Shown here one piece after another: positions 1 through 9,471 of a DNA stretch of 64,000 nt (its first letter is position 1; every line of letters begins with the position of its first letter). Source of the stretch: Azolla caroliniana (Eukaryota; Plantae; Polypodiophyta); contig JBHGNT010000021.1 in NCBI GenBank assembly GCA_043228905.1, positions 11,098,001-11,162,000 on the forward strand, given 5' to 3'. Both the position numbers and the translations under genes were made by a program. Under the pieces are notes generated by a model. It ran no database searches and was not told the origin of the DNA. It worked only from the letters and a program-made list of their open reading frames with translations.

Positions 1-137
1 ATCGCACCTATTCGGGATCCGTCCGGATCTAGAACGGCATACCGTTTCCAGTCCGTCCGTCCATACTATTCCTATTTACAACCACACTTAATTAATTCCT
101 TCACTCCGTATTTTGGACTCCTTGCCGGCCGGTAACA
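1..137 (-). repeat. 3' LTR (partial) of the Athila-like element
   Basis: Direct repeat of 9335-9471, ending ...GGTAACA. Confidence 0.95.
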
Positions 138-139
138 CA

Positions 140-156
140 TGGCACGCCCGTGGGAC
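140..156 (+). promoter_or_regulatory. tRNA-Arg(UCU)-like primer-binding site at the position where the PPT is expected
   Basis: TGGCACGCCCGTGGGAC starts 2 nt inside the LTR. It resembles the complement of the plant tRNA-Arg(UCU) 3' end as recalled (TGGCACGCCC[A/G]GTGGGAC, one-base gap). Confidence 0.7.
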
Positions 157-189
157 AGTACCTTGTACGTCGAACCCTTCTCGGCCCCT

Positions 190-3069
190 TCATTGTTCAC
201 CCAAATTGTCCAAAATACTTTGTTCCAGAGTTTCCTCTTGTTCTTCCGGTTGTGGTTGTTGCGGCTGTGCTTGCTGCTGCTGCTGTGGTTGCGGTTGGGA
301 CTGAGGCTGTTCCGGCTGCTCTATAGGCGGCTGCTCCGTTTGTTTCTCTGACTCCGGCTGCTCCGTTTGTCTTTCTGACTCTGGCATCTCCGTTTGACTG
401 CTTCCGGTCCGGTCTCCTTCCAGTAACGGTTCCTCATCACTGAGGTTGACCGTAACCGGTTCTCGTGCTTTCTCTTCCCGGATCCGGGACCTCTCGTAGC
501 TTTCAAACTGGATCTGCGCCTCCAGCCTGTCGTCGTCCAGCTGAGCTACAAGTTGCCGGACTTGGCCTAGTTGGTCGTCTGCCAAGGCTTGAAAGTCCTC
601 GGCCAGCTCATCTCTTATGCCGGTGAAGTCTTCGGAAGTCAGCATATAGCAATCATCTCCCTCCTTCCGCCGGTTCTCTACGTCGGCCCAGAGCAATTGG
701 AGTTCCGCCGCGTTCGTGGCCCACTTGGTCCACCATTTGACGGAACCGTTGTCAATCAAGCTCTTGGTCTTGGTCTGGTTCAACCAGGCCCGCATGATAT
801 CCTGGATGCGACTTGCTCCCATTTGCGCTCTACTTTCCACCACTTGTCGCTCCTCCTTCAACTGCTTGATGAGATTCGCCGTATCCTCCGCCTGCTCTCT
901 GTAGCGCGTCAGCTGCCCTTGATATGTTGTCTGCAGCCTCTGCAGTACCTCCGCCGCTCTTTCTTTTTCCGCCTGCTGTTGCCTGAGGAGCTCTGTCCGA
1001 ACCTTCTCCGCCTCTTCCAACCGTCTTCTGGTTTCCGCTTGTTCCTTAGCGTATGCCGTTGCGGTCCGATCAACTGCTTGCCGGAGCTCATCCGTCCGTT
1101 CCTTGTGCTCCATTTGCAACCGTTTATACTCCCGGTGCAAGTGCTCAAATTCCTCCGTTTTTTGTTTGAGCTTGCCGTTGATCTGGCGATGGTTCCGGTC
1201 CTCCCGGTCCTTTACCTGCCGGAGTTCCTCTTTCAGGCGCTCTACTTCTGTTTCGGCGTTCCTCCGGAGTCTGTCCTTCTCTTGCAGCATTTTCTCCTTT
1301 TCCTCCTTGAGCCGGTCGTACGCTTGGTGGCCTTTCCGTAAGCTCTCCTCGGCCCGGCGTAGATTCTCAGCAGTCTTTTTGAGTTTTGCCTCCGCTGCCG
1401 TCTTCAATTCTCTTTCGCGGCTCCTCAGCGCTTCTTGGGCAGCTAGCTCATCCTTTAAATCCGCAAGCTCTTGGGCTTGTGCCGCATTTCTCTCCGGAAC
1501 GGTTTCCGTTGCCGGGGTCTGATTGCTATGTACAGGTTGATCTGACGCCTTATTCTGTACATTGCCCGGAGTCACCGGTGCTTGGACTTGTGTTGTCAAA
1601 GCGAATTGAGCCATTTCCCTTGTGACCCTGTCCAAGTCTTGTTCAAGGCTCCGGATTCTGGACCGGGCCGTCTCTAGATCTACGGTTGTGACGAGCAACC
1701 GTTCGTTGTGCGCTCTCTCCTCCGCCTCTATGTACTCGACCGCTCCGGCGATCTGCTCGCCTACCCACCGTAGCCACATGCTACTGGTGCCTTGCTGCTG
1801 TACTGGTCCTACTCCTTGGCCGCCGTGTGTGCTGGTTGGGCTCGCCGGCTGTTGAGTTCCGGTTCTCGCCGTCTCCGGAGCCGTTGGAATGACTTCTTCT
1901 ATAGAAGTCGACAAGGCCGGTTCCATACGCACCGGTTCCGGTTCCTCCCTTGTGGTTTGCTCAGGTTGAGTTGGGGGCGTCGTTTCTTCCTCTTGCGGGT
2001 AAGAACGCTCCCCCGCTGTCCCGGCGGTCCTACTTCTTGACCGTCGTTGGAGGTGCTCTTCTGCCTCCTCTGTTTCCTCTTCCTGGGTAACGGCATGTTT
2101 CTGTGCCGTCAAGGGTTCCGGTTCCTTCTGTCCCGGTCGCCGTATGGTTATCTTAACGGGTCGGACCGGTGACACCTCCTCCGGTTCTGGGACCAATTTC
2201 TTCCCTTTCGTCGCCTTCGACGCCAGCAGCTGCTGTCGTTTAGACGCGGGTTTCGAGGTGCTTCCTTCCGATAATCTTGGCCGCTTCTTTGGCTGGACGG
2301 TCTCGACCGGCGGCACTAGCAATGTTATCCACTGAGCTACGGCATGCCACAGCTTCCGGCCCTCCTTGCCGTCCTTTCCTCGTACCATGTCGATTGCCGC
2401 GCACAACCCGTCTGCAATCAACACCGGCCAATCCACCTTGGTCCCTTCATAGGTGGCTATGATCATCCCTGCCCGATTTTTTGGCATGACAGGGGGTCGG
2501 GGGTACACGTGGCCGTACTCATGGAGCACTCGAGCTATCTCCCTGAATAGCGGATCTTCGCCGCCCTGCGTTCGATAGCCTTTGCCGGCAACAGAGTACT
2601 CACCGAAATATCGGATGAGTTGCTCCGAGGTTGGGTTATCGATCTGAAAGATACCTCCCTCCGGAAGGCCTGTTAGCGCACGGATCGCTTCCTCGGTGAT
2701 GACCTCTGTGGCGAGCTCCTTGATGACCCGGTCGGCTTCTCTGTGCGGTGGTGCCTCCATGATGGTCAAGAACCCATCCAGTCCGTGTTGCCTGAACCAT
2801 TTCCTGGCCGCTTCCGACAGCGTTTGTGGTTCCATGTCTGCTTCGAGGTCGAGGAAAGATGGCGAGGTAGAGTGGTGATGAGAGTGAGAGCGAGAGAGAG
2901 AGCGTTCCGAACGTGGGGGTTCTCTGAGTGCAGGTTCGCGTTTGCTAAGCTTCCACTGCCTTGGTGCTTCTGTGCTTCTTGGCTCGCGAAATGAAAAGGT
3001 CTCCATGCGTTCTGCTTCTTCTCTGTGCGTCTTGGCGCCTTTTTCGAGCATGCACACGTCGTGTACCAA
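190..3069 (-). CDS. Extra (env-position) ORF of the Athila-like element, up to 959 aa: globular N-terminal part, long coiled coil, Q/P-rich tail
   Basis: Uninterrupted ORF between the pol stop and the 3' LTR, same strand as pol. E/K/R/Q heptad-like region at about aa 450-860. First ATG near 3051. Confidence 0.85.
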   Translation of the reverse strand: MVHDVCMLEKGAKTHREEAERMETFSFREPRSTEAPRQWKLSKREPALREPPRSERSLSRSHSHHHSTSPSFLDLEADMEPQTLSEAARKWFRQHGLDGFLTIMEAPPHREADRVIKELATEVITEEAIRALTGLPEGGIFQIDNPTSEQLIRYFGEYSVAGKGYRTQGGEDPLFREIARVLHEYGHVYPRPPVMPKNRAGMIIATYEGTKVDWPVLIADGLCAAIDMVRGKDGKEGRKLWHAVAQWITLLVPPVETVQPKKRPRLSEGSTSKPASKRQQLLASKATKGKKLVPEPEEVSPVRPVKITIRRPGQKEPEPLTAQKHAVTQEEETEEAEEHLQRRSRSRTAGTAGERSYPQEEETTPPTQPEQTTREEPEPVRMEPALSTSIEEVIPTAPETARTGTQQPASPTSTHGGQGVGPVQQQGTSSMWLRWVGEQIAGAVEYIEAEERAHNERLLVTTVDLETARSRIRSLEQDLDRVTREMAQFALTTQVQAPVTPGNVQNKASDQPVHSNQTPATETVPERNAAQAQELADLKDELAAQEALRSRERELKTAAEAKLKKTAENLRRAEESLRKGHQAYDRLKEEKEKMLQEKDRLRRNAETEVERLKEELRQVKDREDRNHRQINGKLKQKTEEFEHLHREYKRLQMEHKERTDELRQAVDRTATAYAKEQAETRRRLEEAEKVRTELLRQQQAEKERAAEVLQRLQTTYQGQLTRYREQAEDTANLIKQLKEERQVVESRAQMGASRIQDIMRAWLNQTKTKSLIDNGSVKWWTKWATNAAELQLLWADVENRRKEGDDCYMLTSEDFTGIRDELAEDFQALADDQLGQVRQLVAQLDDDRLEAQIQFESYERSRIREEKAREPVTVNLSDEEPLLEGDRTGSSQTEMPESERQTEQPESEKQTEQPPIEQPEQPQSQPQPQQQQQAQPQQPQPEEQEETLEQSILDNLGEQ

Positions 3070-3163
3070 TTTAGTATTAAGTAGCGTGGCGGCACTTAAA
3101 TGCCCACTACGTACCTTTTCGCTCCTTGCTTTCGCGTCCGTTCATACCTCGATTTTTAATGAT

Positions 3164-3201
3164 TTCTTCTTCTTCTTCTTTTTTTCTTTTTTTTTTTTCC
3201 T
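3164..3201 (-). promoter_or_regulatory. Internal polypurine tract between pol and the extra ORF
   Basis: About 38 nt pure pyrimidine run on + (GGAAAAAAAAAAAAGAAAAAAAGAAGAAGAAG... on -). Confidence 0.55.
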
Positions 3202-3219
3202 AAATGACGGTATGTGATC

Positions 3220-3690
3220 TTACACATCCGTAGGTCCCTTCGGACCCTTACCGTTTTCCTTACGGGTTGCCGTGTCTTCCTTCGCCTCTGCTACGGGTTC
3301 CCCGTCGTCTTTTTCTTCCATCCGTACCGTTCCCGGTATAGTGCCGGTGGTCTGCATAAACGGGTTCTTTGGCATCGGTCCTTTATAGGGCTTTAATCTA
3401 AATCCGTTGACCCACTTGCCTAGTACTTCACCGGCAAGTGTCCCTAACTGATAGGACCCGTTGTATTCCCGTGTCAGCCAATACAGGCCTGTCCATCTGA
3501 ACCGGAGTTTACCCGGCATCTTGCCCATCCTCGTTTGGAATACTAGCACCGGCTTTCCGATTTCGAACATCTTTTCATTACCTTTCCGGTGACGGTCAAC
3601 GAACGCTTTCCGTCGTCGTTGCTCTAGTTCCATGTGTAGGATGCTAGCCAGCCGTTGCTCCTCCAGTTCGCATAGTGCTACTAGCCGCAT
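3220..3690 (-). CDS. Integrase C-terminal part, separated from pol by a frameshifting deletion
   Basis: GKLRFRWTGLY and VNGFRLKPY motifs (GPY/F module) typical of Athila/Tat integrase ends. Confidence 0.85.
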   Translation of the reverse strand: MRLVALCELEEQRLASILHMELEQRRRKAFVDRHRKGNEKMFEIGKPVLVFQTRMGKMPGKLRFRWTGLYWLTREYNGSYQLGTLAGEVLGKWVNGFRLKPYKGPMPKNPFMQTTGTIPGTVRMEEKDDGEPVAEAKEDTATRKENGKGPKGPTDV

Positions 3691-3706
3691 TTCCTCCGAC
3701 TCCTTT

Positions 3707-6700
3707 TCACTCCTCTAAGCCGAACGCTAACCGGAACGGCGTTGTCCGGATACTTGTTTTGTATGCCGTTCGGTACGCCCATAGCGCGCTATGGAGCTTT
3801 GTATCCCAGTCCGTCCGGTTTTCATTGACGATTTTGCGGAGAATGTTCTGCAGCGTTTTGTTGGTGGACTCTGCTAACCCGTTCGCTTGTGGGTAGTACG
3901 GTGTGCTCCGTTTATGGACCACGGCATAGAACGTTGTTAAGCTTTCCACTACCTGGCCGAGGAAGTGCCCTCCTTGGTCGCTGATTAATTCAATCGGACA
4001 TCCATATCGGCACCAAATGTTCTCGTACAGGAATTTTGCTGTGGATGACGCGGTATTGTCTCTCAAGGCCTTAGCCTCCACCCATTTAGTGCAATAATCC
4101 GTTGCCACGATGACATAACGATTACCCGTTCTCATTGCCGGTGGTTTGAACGGTCCGACAAAATCCAACCCCCACTTCTGGAATGGCTCTAGTGGAAGTA
4201 CCGGTTGGTGTGACATCCGTGCTTGCTCTGTAGGCTGGCCCATTCGTTGGCATAGGTCACATTCCTTAGCATACTTGACGGCGTCTTTTAACGTCGTGGG
4301 CCACCATAAGCCGCTCTGCCATACTTTCCTTGCCGTCGCTTCCCCGGCATAGTGTCCTCCGGCAACCCCACAGTGTGCTTCCCGTAAGATTACTTGTTTC
4401 TCGTCACTACGGACTGCCCGTCTCCATATTCCATCTGCTCCTTTGTGGTAGAGAGTGTCCCGTAACAGATAGAAATTGCGGGTCTGCACCGCCAGTCGTT
4501 TCCTCTCGTCCCGGTTCATTTCCTCCGGTGGCAGGCCCGTGCTTAGGAACTGGTGCATGTTTGTCAGCCACCTATCTTCTGATGCCACCGTGTCGTCCGC
4601 TGCCGTTTCCGGGGTGATACGGAATAACTCTGCGTCCGGGAATTCATCCACTACTCCGTCGCCTGATTCTCCGGACTCTAACCGGCTCAGGTAGTCTGCT
4701 ACGGCATGCTGGATACCGGGCCGGTGGAAAATCTCGAATTCGAACTCCTGCAACAGCAAGGTCCAACGGGCCAACTTACCGGTCAGGGACGCCTTGGACA
4801 CTAAGTACAGGAGCGCCGAGTGATCCACATGAAAGGAGAACTTTCTTCCTAATAGGTAATGCCGAAACTTTGTGACACTGTAGATCATGCCCAGGGCCTC
4901 CCGTTCCGTCGTCGAATAGTTCTTCTCCGCTTGGGACAGCTTCCGGCTGGCGTAATATACGGGCCGGTACCATTTGGGCTCCGTAAGTTGCATTAAGGCG
5001 CTGCCGATAGCGATGTCGGAAGCGTCAACGAACACATGAAATTCCTTGCTCCAATCCGGAGGCTGCACGACGGGTGCTTGCAATAAAAGTACCTTCAGGG
5101 CATTGTATGCCTTATCCTCCGTATCCGTCCATTGGAACGGTGTCCGATGTACCGCGGTGTGTAATGGTGTAGCCAAGTCAGCCAAGTGACGGAGCATCCG
5201 GCTGTGCCACCGGATCTGTCCTAAGAATCGGCTTAGTGCTTTGGCCGTTTTCGGCGCCGGTGCCCCTAATATCGTGTTTACTTTGTCCGGGTCGACCGCA
5301 ATGCCCTCCTTACTTACAATGTGTCCCAGTAAGATTCCACTTGAAACCCCAAAGATGCATTTTGCTGGGTTTAAGCTTAGCCGGTATAACCTACACTTTT
5401 CAAGGCATAACCGTAGGTGCTGCAAATGGTCTTTTCCCCGGCTATAGACTGCAAAATCATCCAGGAAAACCTGCATGAAGGCAGGAATGTATTCGCCGAA
5501 GATCTCCATGATGATTCGCTGGAAAGTTGCTGGTGCCGTTTTTAGGCCGAACATCATTACTTCGGCCACAAACACCCCCCATTCGGTGACGAACGCTGTC
5601 TTCTCCTGGTCGTCAGGGTGCATCCGGATTTGATTGTAACCGCTGAACCCGTCTAGAAAGCTATAAACTTCATGGCCGGCGACGGCATCCAGTACTCCAT
5701 CCGTGAACGGAAGAGGGAATGCATCCGTAATTGTGGCTGCATTTAGTTTCCTGTAATCTACACACACGCGCATTTTACCGTTCTTCTTTGGGACGACGAC
5801 GATGGGGCTCAGCCACGTCGCTTTCTTTACCAGCCGGATGAAGCCTACTCTTAGGAGTTTGTCGATTTCCTCCTTCACTTTGGCGGCGTAGTTGGGGTTC
5901 ATTCGGTAACATCTTTGCGCCACTGGTTTCGCGTCCTTGCCTAAGTGGATTTGATGCTGATATAATTGAGGATCCAGCCCTCGCATGTCTTCGTATGACC
6001 AGGCGAATACGTCGCGAAACTTCGTGAGAAGTTTGATCATCGCCGCTTTATCTTCCGGCTTCATTTCTTTGGCGATGTGTACCGGCTTTGATTCGTCCTT
6101 GCTTCCTAGGTTCACTCCGTCGAGCTGGGATGTTTTTACACGTTGGGAAACGGCCATTTCCCGTTCCAACGCTTCCTGTGCTTGCCGTAATTCCCGAATC
6201 GAATCTTTGTCTGGTTCGGCTTCGGTGTCGTCCCGCTGCGGCAAGTATGGTGCTACGGCTTCAGCCACGTCAATCTCGAAAAGTGGTACGATCTTCGGGT
6301 GTTCCTCCAAGTACTGGGCTTCTTCGTCGTCTGCCAACCCTTCAAGCATGTTCACGCATTCCGCATACAGCGGTGTGCATTCCTTATCGTTGCTCGTCCG
6401 TGGTTGTGTCGGTACCCGGACCTTGGCTTTTCCGCGCCGGAAGGTAATCATATTTTTCCGCCAATTTTGCTTGATGTGTGTTGTTTTCAACCATGGTCTG
6501 CCCAGCAACAGTGGGTACGCGCCTTGCACCTGTAGCTGCAGCACTACAGCCGAGATGTGAAATGTGTGACCTCCTATGGTGACCTCCAATTTCCGTATTA
6601 AGCCCGTCGGCCGTACAGAGCTCGTATCCGCCATCCGTAGCCAGAACGGACATGGCTCCCATTCATGTATACCCAAGGCATCACACGTGCGGAGGCTTAT

Positions 6701-9001
6701 TACGTTCACCCCGGAACCTCCATCGATTACTGTGCCGGGAAGTTCGTGCCCTTTGACCATAGCTGTAATCACCGGACTACTAGTGTCCACCACCGTCGGT
6801 CCCTCCTCCGGATTCGAGAAGAGGACTGGTGCTGGTGGGGCTATACCGTCTGTCATGACCGTTTTTAGTCCTTCCGTAAATCGCGGCACGAGCTGCAAGA
6901 GTCTTCCTAATGGCAACGTGATCTGACATTCTTGCAGTGCTTGCCATGTCTCGTTTTCTGCGTGGCCAGCGCCGGCACTCCCTATGGTATTCGCCTTTTG
7001 CCGTTCCGCGTCCGCGTCCGCGACGTTCCTTTCATTGGCTTCCTTCACCCATTCCGTCGCCTGTTTTCGTATGGCCTCTTGTGTTTCCCACTCTTTGGCC
7101 ATGCCTTTCGACCGTGTGGTTACTTGTTGTATATCCGCCACTTCCGGAACCACCATATTAACTGCTGGTCGTTTCTCGTAGCTCTTTACCGGGCACTGGT
7201 TACTGTAGTGGCCTTCCTGCCTGCAGTAGTAGCAGTACTCTTTATGGTTATTGCTGGATTCAGCATTGCTGGTAGCCGGAGTCGGTCCCGTAGTGAGTGG
7301 TGCGTTCTGTGCTGGTTGGCTCCTTGGGGTTCCATGTTCCGGGTCCCTAGTGTGACCACCTTTCTTGAAATTCCGTTTCTTATTATTCTTATTTTTATTT
7401 CGGTAGTCCGGTCGTGGTGGATCGTAAAATCGGCCGTAGTCCTCCTGGTGCCTTCGGTAACCAGGGGAATGGTCTCTGTCGTATTGCTCGTGTCGTCTGT
7501 TGGGCTCCCGATAACGGTCCGATCGCTCATACCGGTCGTAGTTATCATGCCGATTCCCGTACCGGCCATCATTCTCTTGTCTGTCTCCGTACCGGACATC
7601 CTGTGCCGGTCGGTACCGGTTCATTTTTTGCCAACGATCGTCATCTTCGTCTCGGCTGCTTCTTGGCTCGATCCGTCGGACGGGTGGTGCTTGTCGGTTT
7701 AACAGGTTATACTCGCACCGGTCCGTTGTATGACTCTTGGATTGACAAATCACACACTGGGTTCGCATGGTGCATTCCACTGCCGAGTGTCCGGCATTCA
7801 AGCAGATTGTGCATTGAATTGCCTGCCGGAACCGGAGATCTTCCTCGGTGGGTAGCGCCCGTTGCAGTGTTCCCAGTGTAAGCCATGAGCTTGACTTTTC
7901 CATTTCTCTGACCCGGTCAATGACCTGGTCAATGGTGCTTCCTCGAAAGTCGATTACCGTACACACCGTGCGTAACGGTTCCCGGAGTGCGTTTAAAAAT
8001 ATCGTCCGTAATTCCTCCTCCGGGGGTGCACGGGCAAGCTGGCTATGCATTCGTTGGAAACGGATGACGAATTGGGGAATGCTTTCCCCTGCCTCCTGTC
8101 GGATCGTATAAAATAGGCCCACCATTGTCGTCTGGTCGACCTCCTTGTGGAAAAAATGCAAGAATTTTGCTTTTAATTCTGCAAAGGTTGTGATGGTCGC
8201 CGGGTCCTGCGTCCGCCGCCATCGTGTCGCTGGTCCTTCCAACGTGACCCCGAACTCCGCTATCTTCGAGCGTTCTTCTTCCTCCGGTGTCATTCGCTGG
8301 GACGTGTGATTTGCTTCCCATGTCTGCTCGAAGGCATGAACATGCGCTTCCGCGTCCGGATCATCGCGATACTTTGAGTATTGGAACGGCATGTCGTTGT
8401 CCAGTATTAGGCCGCGGTTTAGTGGCGTTTGTTGATACCTTTCCGGTTTCCTCTCCGGTTCCACTTCCGATTGTTTTGCCGGTGCTTTTTCCGGTTCCTC
8501 TTCCGGTTCTTTCACCGGCTCGTCTTCCGGTACCTTTGCCGGCTCTTTCGTTGGTGTCGGTGGCTTTGCTACTTCCACTTCCGGTGTTGGTGGGTTGACG
8601 GCTTCCGTTTGCGGTTCCGGTTCTGGAGTCGGCACGGTATCCGACCCGTCGTCCTCCGGGCCGCCGGGGGTATCGTTGCTACTCCGGTAGTTCGTGTGCA
8701 CGCTGTATCCCCCTTCGGAATCCGATTCGTAGGCTGAAAAGGCTTCTGCCTCGTTTTCTCCGCTTGCCAGCGCCTCCAGGAGACGTTCGGTTTCCCGTAG
8801 ACTACTTAGACTGCTTCCGTCGTCCTGGTCGCGAGTTTGCTGTAACCGAAGAGATTCCTCCGCGACTCTCCGGATCTCGTTGGAGAACGAACGATCCGAG
8901 CGAATTTCGTGCGCTGCTTGCTGGAAAGTCTCACGCCGTCTTTGCCGTTCGGCGAGGCGTCGAGCTCGGTCTGTAACCAGGTCGTGCGTTGGTCTAGTCA
9001 T
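3707..9001 (-). CDS. Gag-Pol polyprotein (Gag, CCHC knuckles, protease, RT, RNase H, integrase core)
   Basis: CYYCRQEGHYSNQC knuckle; IDGGSG protease; RVCVDYRKLN and VFLDDF RT; VDASD and DHSAL RNase H; H-H-CDLC, GLDFVGP, SDQG and NGLAE integrase. Confidence 0.96.
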   Translation of the reverse strand: MTRPTHDLVTDRARRLAERQRRRETFQQAAHEIRSDRSFSNEIRRVAEESLRLQQTRDQDDGSSLSSLRETERLLEALASGENEAEAFSAYESDSEGGYSVHTNYRSSNDTPGGPEDDGSDTVPTPEPEPQTEAVNPPTPEVEVAKPPTPTKEPAKVPEDEPVKEPEEEPEKAPAKQSEVEPERKPERYQQTPLNRGLILDNDMPFQYSKYRDDPDAEAHVHAFEQTWEANHTSQRMTPEEEERSKIAEFGVTLEGPATRWRRTQDPATITTFAELKAKFLHFFHKEVDQTTMVGLFYTIRQEAGESIPQFVIRFQRMHSQLARAPPEEELRTIFLNALREPLRTVCTVIDFRGSTIDQVIDRVREMEKSSSWLTLGTLQRALPTEEDLRFRQAIQCTICLNAGHSAVECTMRTQCVICQSKSHTTDRCEYNLLNRQAPPVRRIEPRSSRDEDDDRWQKMNRYRPAQDVRYGDRQENDGRYGNRHDNYDRYERSDRYREPNRRHEQYDRDHSPGYRRHQEDYGRFYDPPRPDYRNKNKNNKKRNFKKGGHTRDPEHGTPRSQPAQNAPLTTGPTPATSNAESSNNHKEYCYYCRQEGHYSNQCPVKSYEKRPAVNMVVPEVADIQQVTTRSKGMAKEWETQEAIRKQATEWVKEANERNVADADAERQKANTIGSAGAGHAENETWQALQECQITLPLGRLLQLVPRFTEGLKTVMTDGIAPPAPVLFSNPEEGPTVVDTSSPVITAMVKGHELPGTVIDGGSGVNVISLRTCDALGIHEWEPCPFWLRMADTSSVRPTGLIRKLEVTIGGHTFHISAVVLQLQVQGAYPLLLGRPWLKTTHIKQNWRKNMITFRRGKAKVRVPTQPRTSNDKECTPLYAECVNMLEGLADDEEAQYLEEHPKIVPLFEIDVAEAVAPYLPQRDDTEAEPDKDSIRELRQAQEALEREMAVSQRVKTSQLDGVNLGSKDESKPVHIAKEMKPEDKAAMIKLLTKFRDVFAWSYEDMRGLDPQLYQHQIHLGKDAKPVAQRCYRMNPNYAAKVKEEIDKLLRVGFIRLVKKATWLSPIVVVPKKNGKMRVCVDYRKLNAATITDAFPLPFTDGVLDAVAGHEVYSFLDGFSGYNQIRMHPDDQEKTAFVTEWGVFVAEVMMFGLKTAPATFQRIIMEIFGEYIPAFMQVFLDDFAVYSRGKDHLQHLRLCLEKCRLYRLSLNPAKCIFGVSSGILLGHIVSKEGIAVDPDKVNTILGAPAPKTAKALSRFLGQIRWHSRMLRHLADLATPLHTAVHRTPFQWTDTEDKAYNALKVLLLQAPVVQPPDWSKEFHVFVDASDIAIGSALMQLTEPKWYRPVYYASRKLSQAEKNYSTTEREALGMIYSVTKFRHYLLGRKFSFHVDHSALLYLVSKASLTGKLARWTLLLQEFEFEIFHRPGIQHAVADYLSRLESGESGDGVVDEFPDAELFRITPETAADDTVASEDRWLTNMHQFLSTGLPPEEMNRDERKRLAVQTRNFYLLRDTLYHKGADGIWRRAVRSDEKQVILREAHCGVAGGHYAGEATARKVWQSGLWWPTTLKDAVKYAKECDLCQRMGQPTEQARMSHQPVLPLEPFQKWGLDFVGPFKPPAMRTGNRYVIVATDYCTKWVEAKALRDNTASSTAKFLYENIWCRYGCPIELISDQGGHFLGQVVESLTTFYAVVHKRSTPYYPQANGLAESTNKTLQNILRKIVNENRTDWDTKLHSALWAYRTAYKTSIRTTPFRLAFGLEE

Positions 9002-9036
9002 CCATTACCGTCGTTCGCTGCGAGAAAGCAGGAATC

Positions 9037-9046
9037 GTGGTCGCCA
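9037..9046 (-). promoter_or_regulatory. 5' PBS, tRNA-Arg(UCG)-like
   Basis: TGGCGACCAC starts 6 nt after the 5' LTR on the minus strand. Confidence 0.6.
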
Positions 9047-9052
9047 AAACTG

Positions 9053-9471
9053 TGTTATTCTCTGACCGGACAAGGCCTAACACAAGGTGTCACGGAGACA
9101 CTTCACCAAAGGGTGATTACGGCATAGGATTAAGATTCAACGATTACACCGACTTACGTAGGTTACACGATTAGAGTGCTTTGGTTAATTACACGCGTAA
9201 GATATAACAGTGATTACAGAACGGAAATCAACACAGAAGTATAAACACCATATGCTCTATTAATTATCCGCTCCGATTATAATGGGGTCCGGGCCTTTAA
9301 ATAGGTTTCCGGCCCGTAGTACAAAACGGTGCCCATCGCACCTATTCGGGATCCGTCCGGATCTGGAACGGCATACCGTTTCCAGTCCGTCCGTCCACAC
9401 TATTCCTATTTACAACCACACTTAATTAATTCCTTCACTCCGTATTTTGGACTCCTTGCCGGCCGGTAACA
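9053..9471 (-). repeat. 5' LTR (419 bp)
   Basis: TGTTA...TAACA termini; TATA-like CCTATTTAAAGG on the minus strand near 9293-9304. Confidence 0.93.

Larger units (their letters stand above)
1..9471 (-). mobile_element. Ty3/Gypsy LTR retrotransposon, non-chromovirus Athila/OTA-like, with 3' extra ORF (3' LTR truncated by window edge)
   Basis: 1-137 matches 9335-9471 (2 mismatches seen). Gag-PR-RT-RH-INT order on the minus strand; no chromodomain or archaeal-type RNase H seen; extra ORF downstream of pol. Confidence 0.93.

Noticed and set aside
571-1341. Long plus-strand ORFs opposite the Gypsy genes (also 6932-7702)
   Set aside because: Antisense shadows of GC-rich, low-complexity coding sequence, with no motifs.
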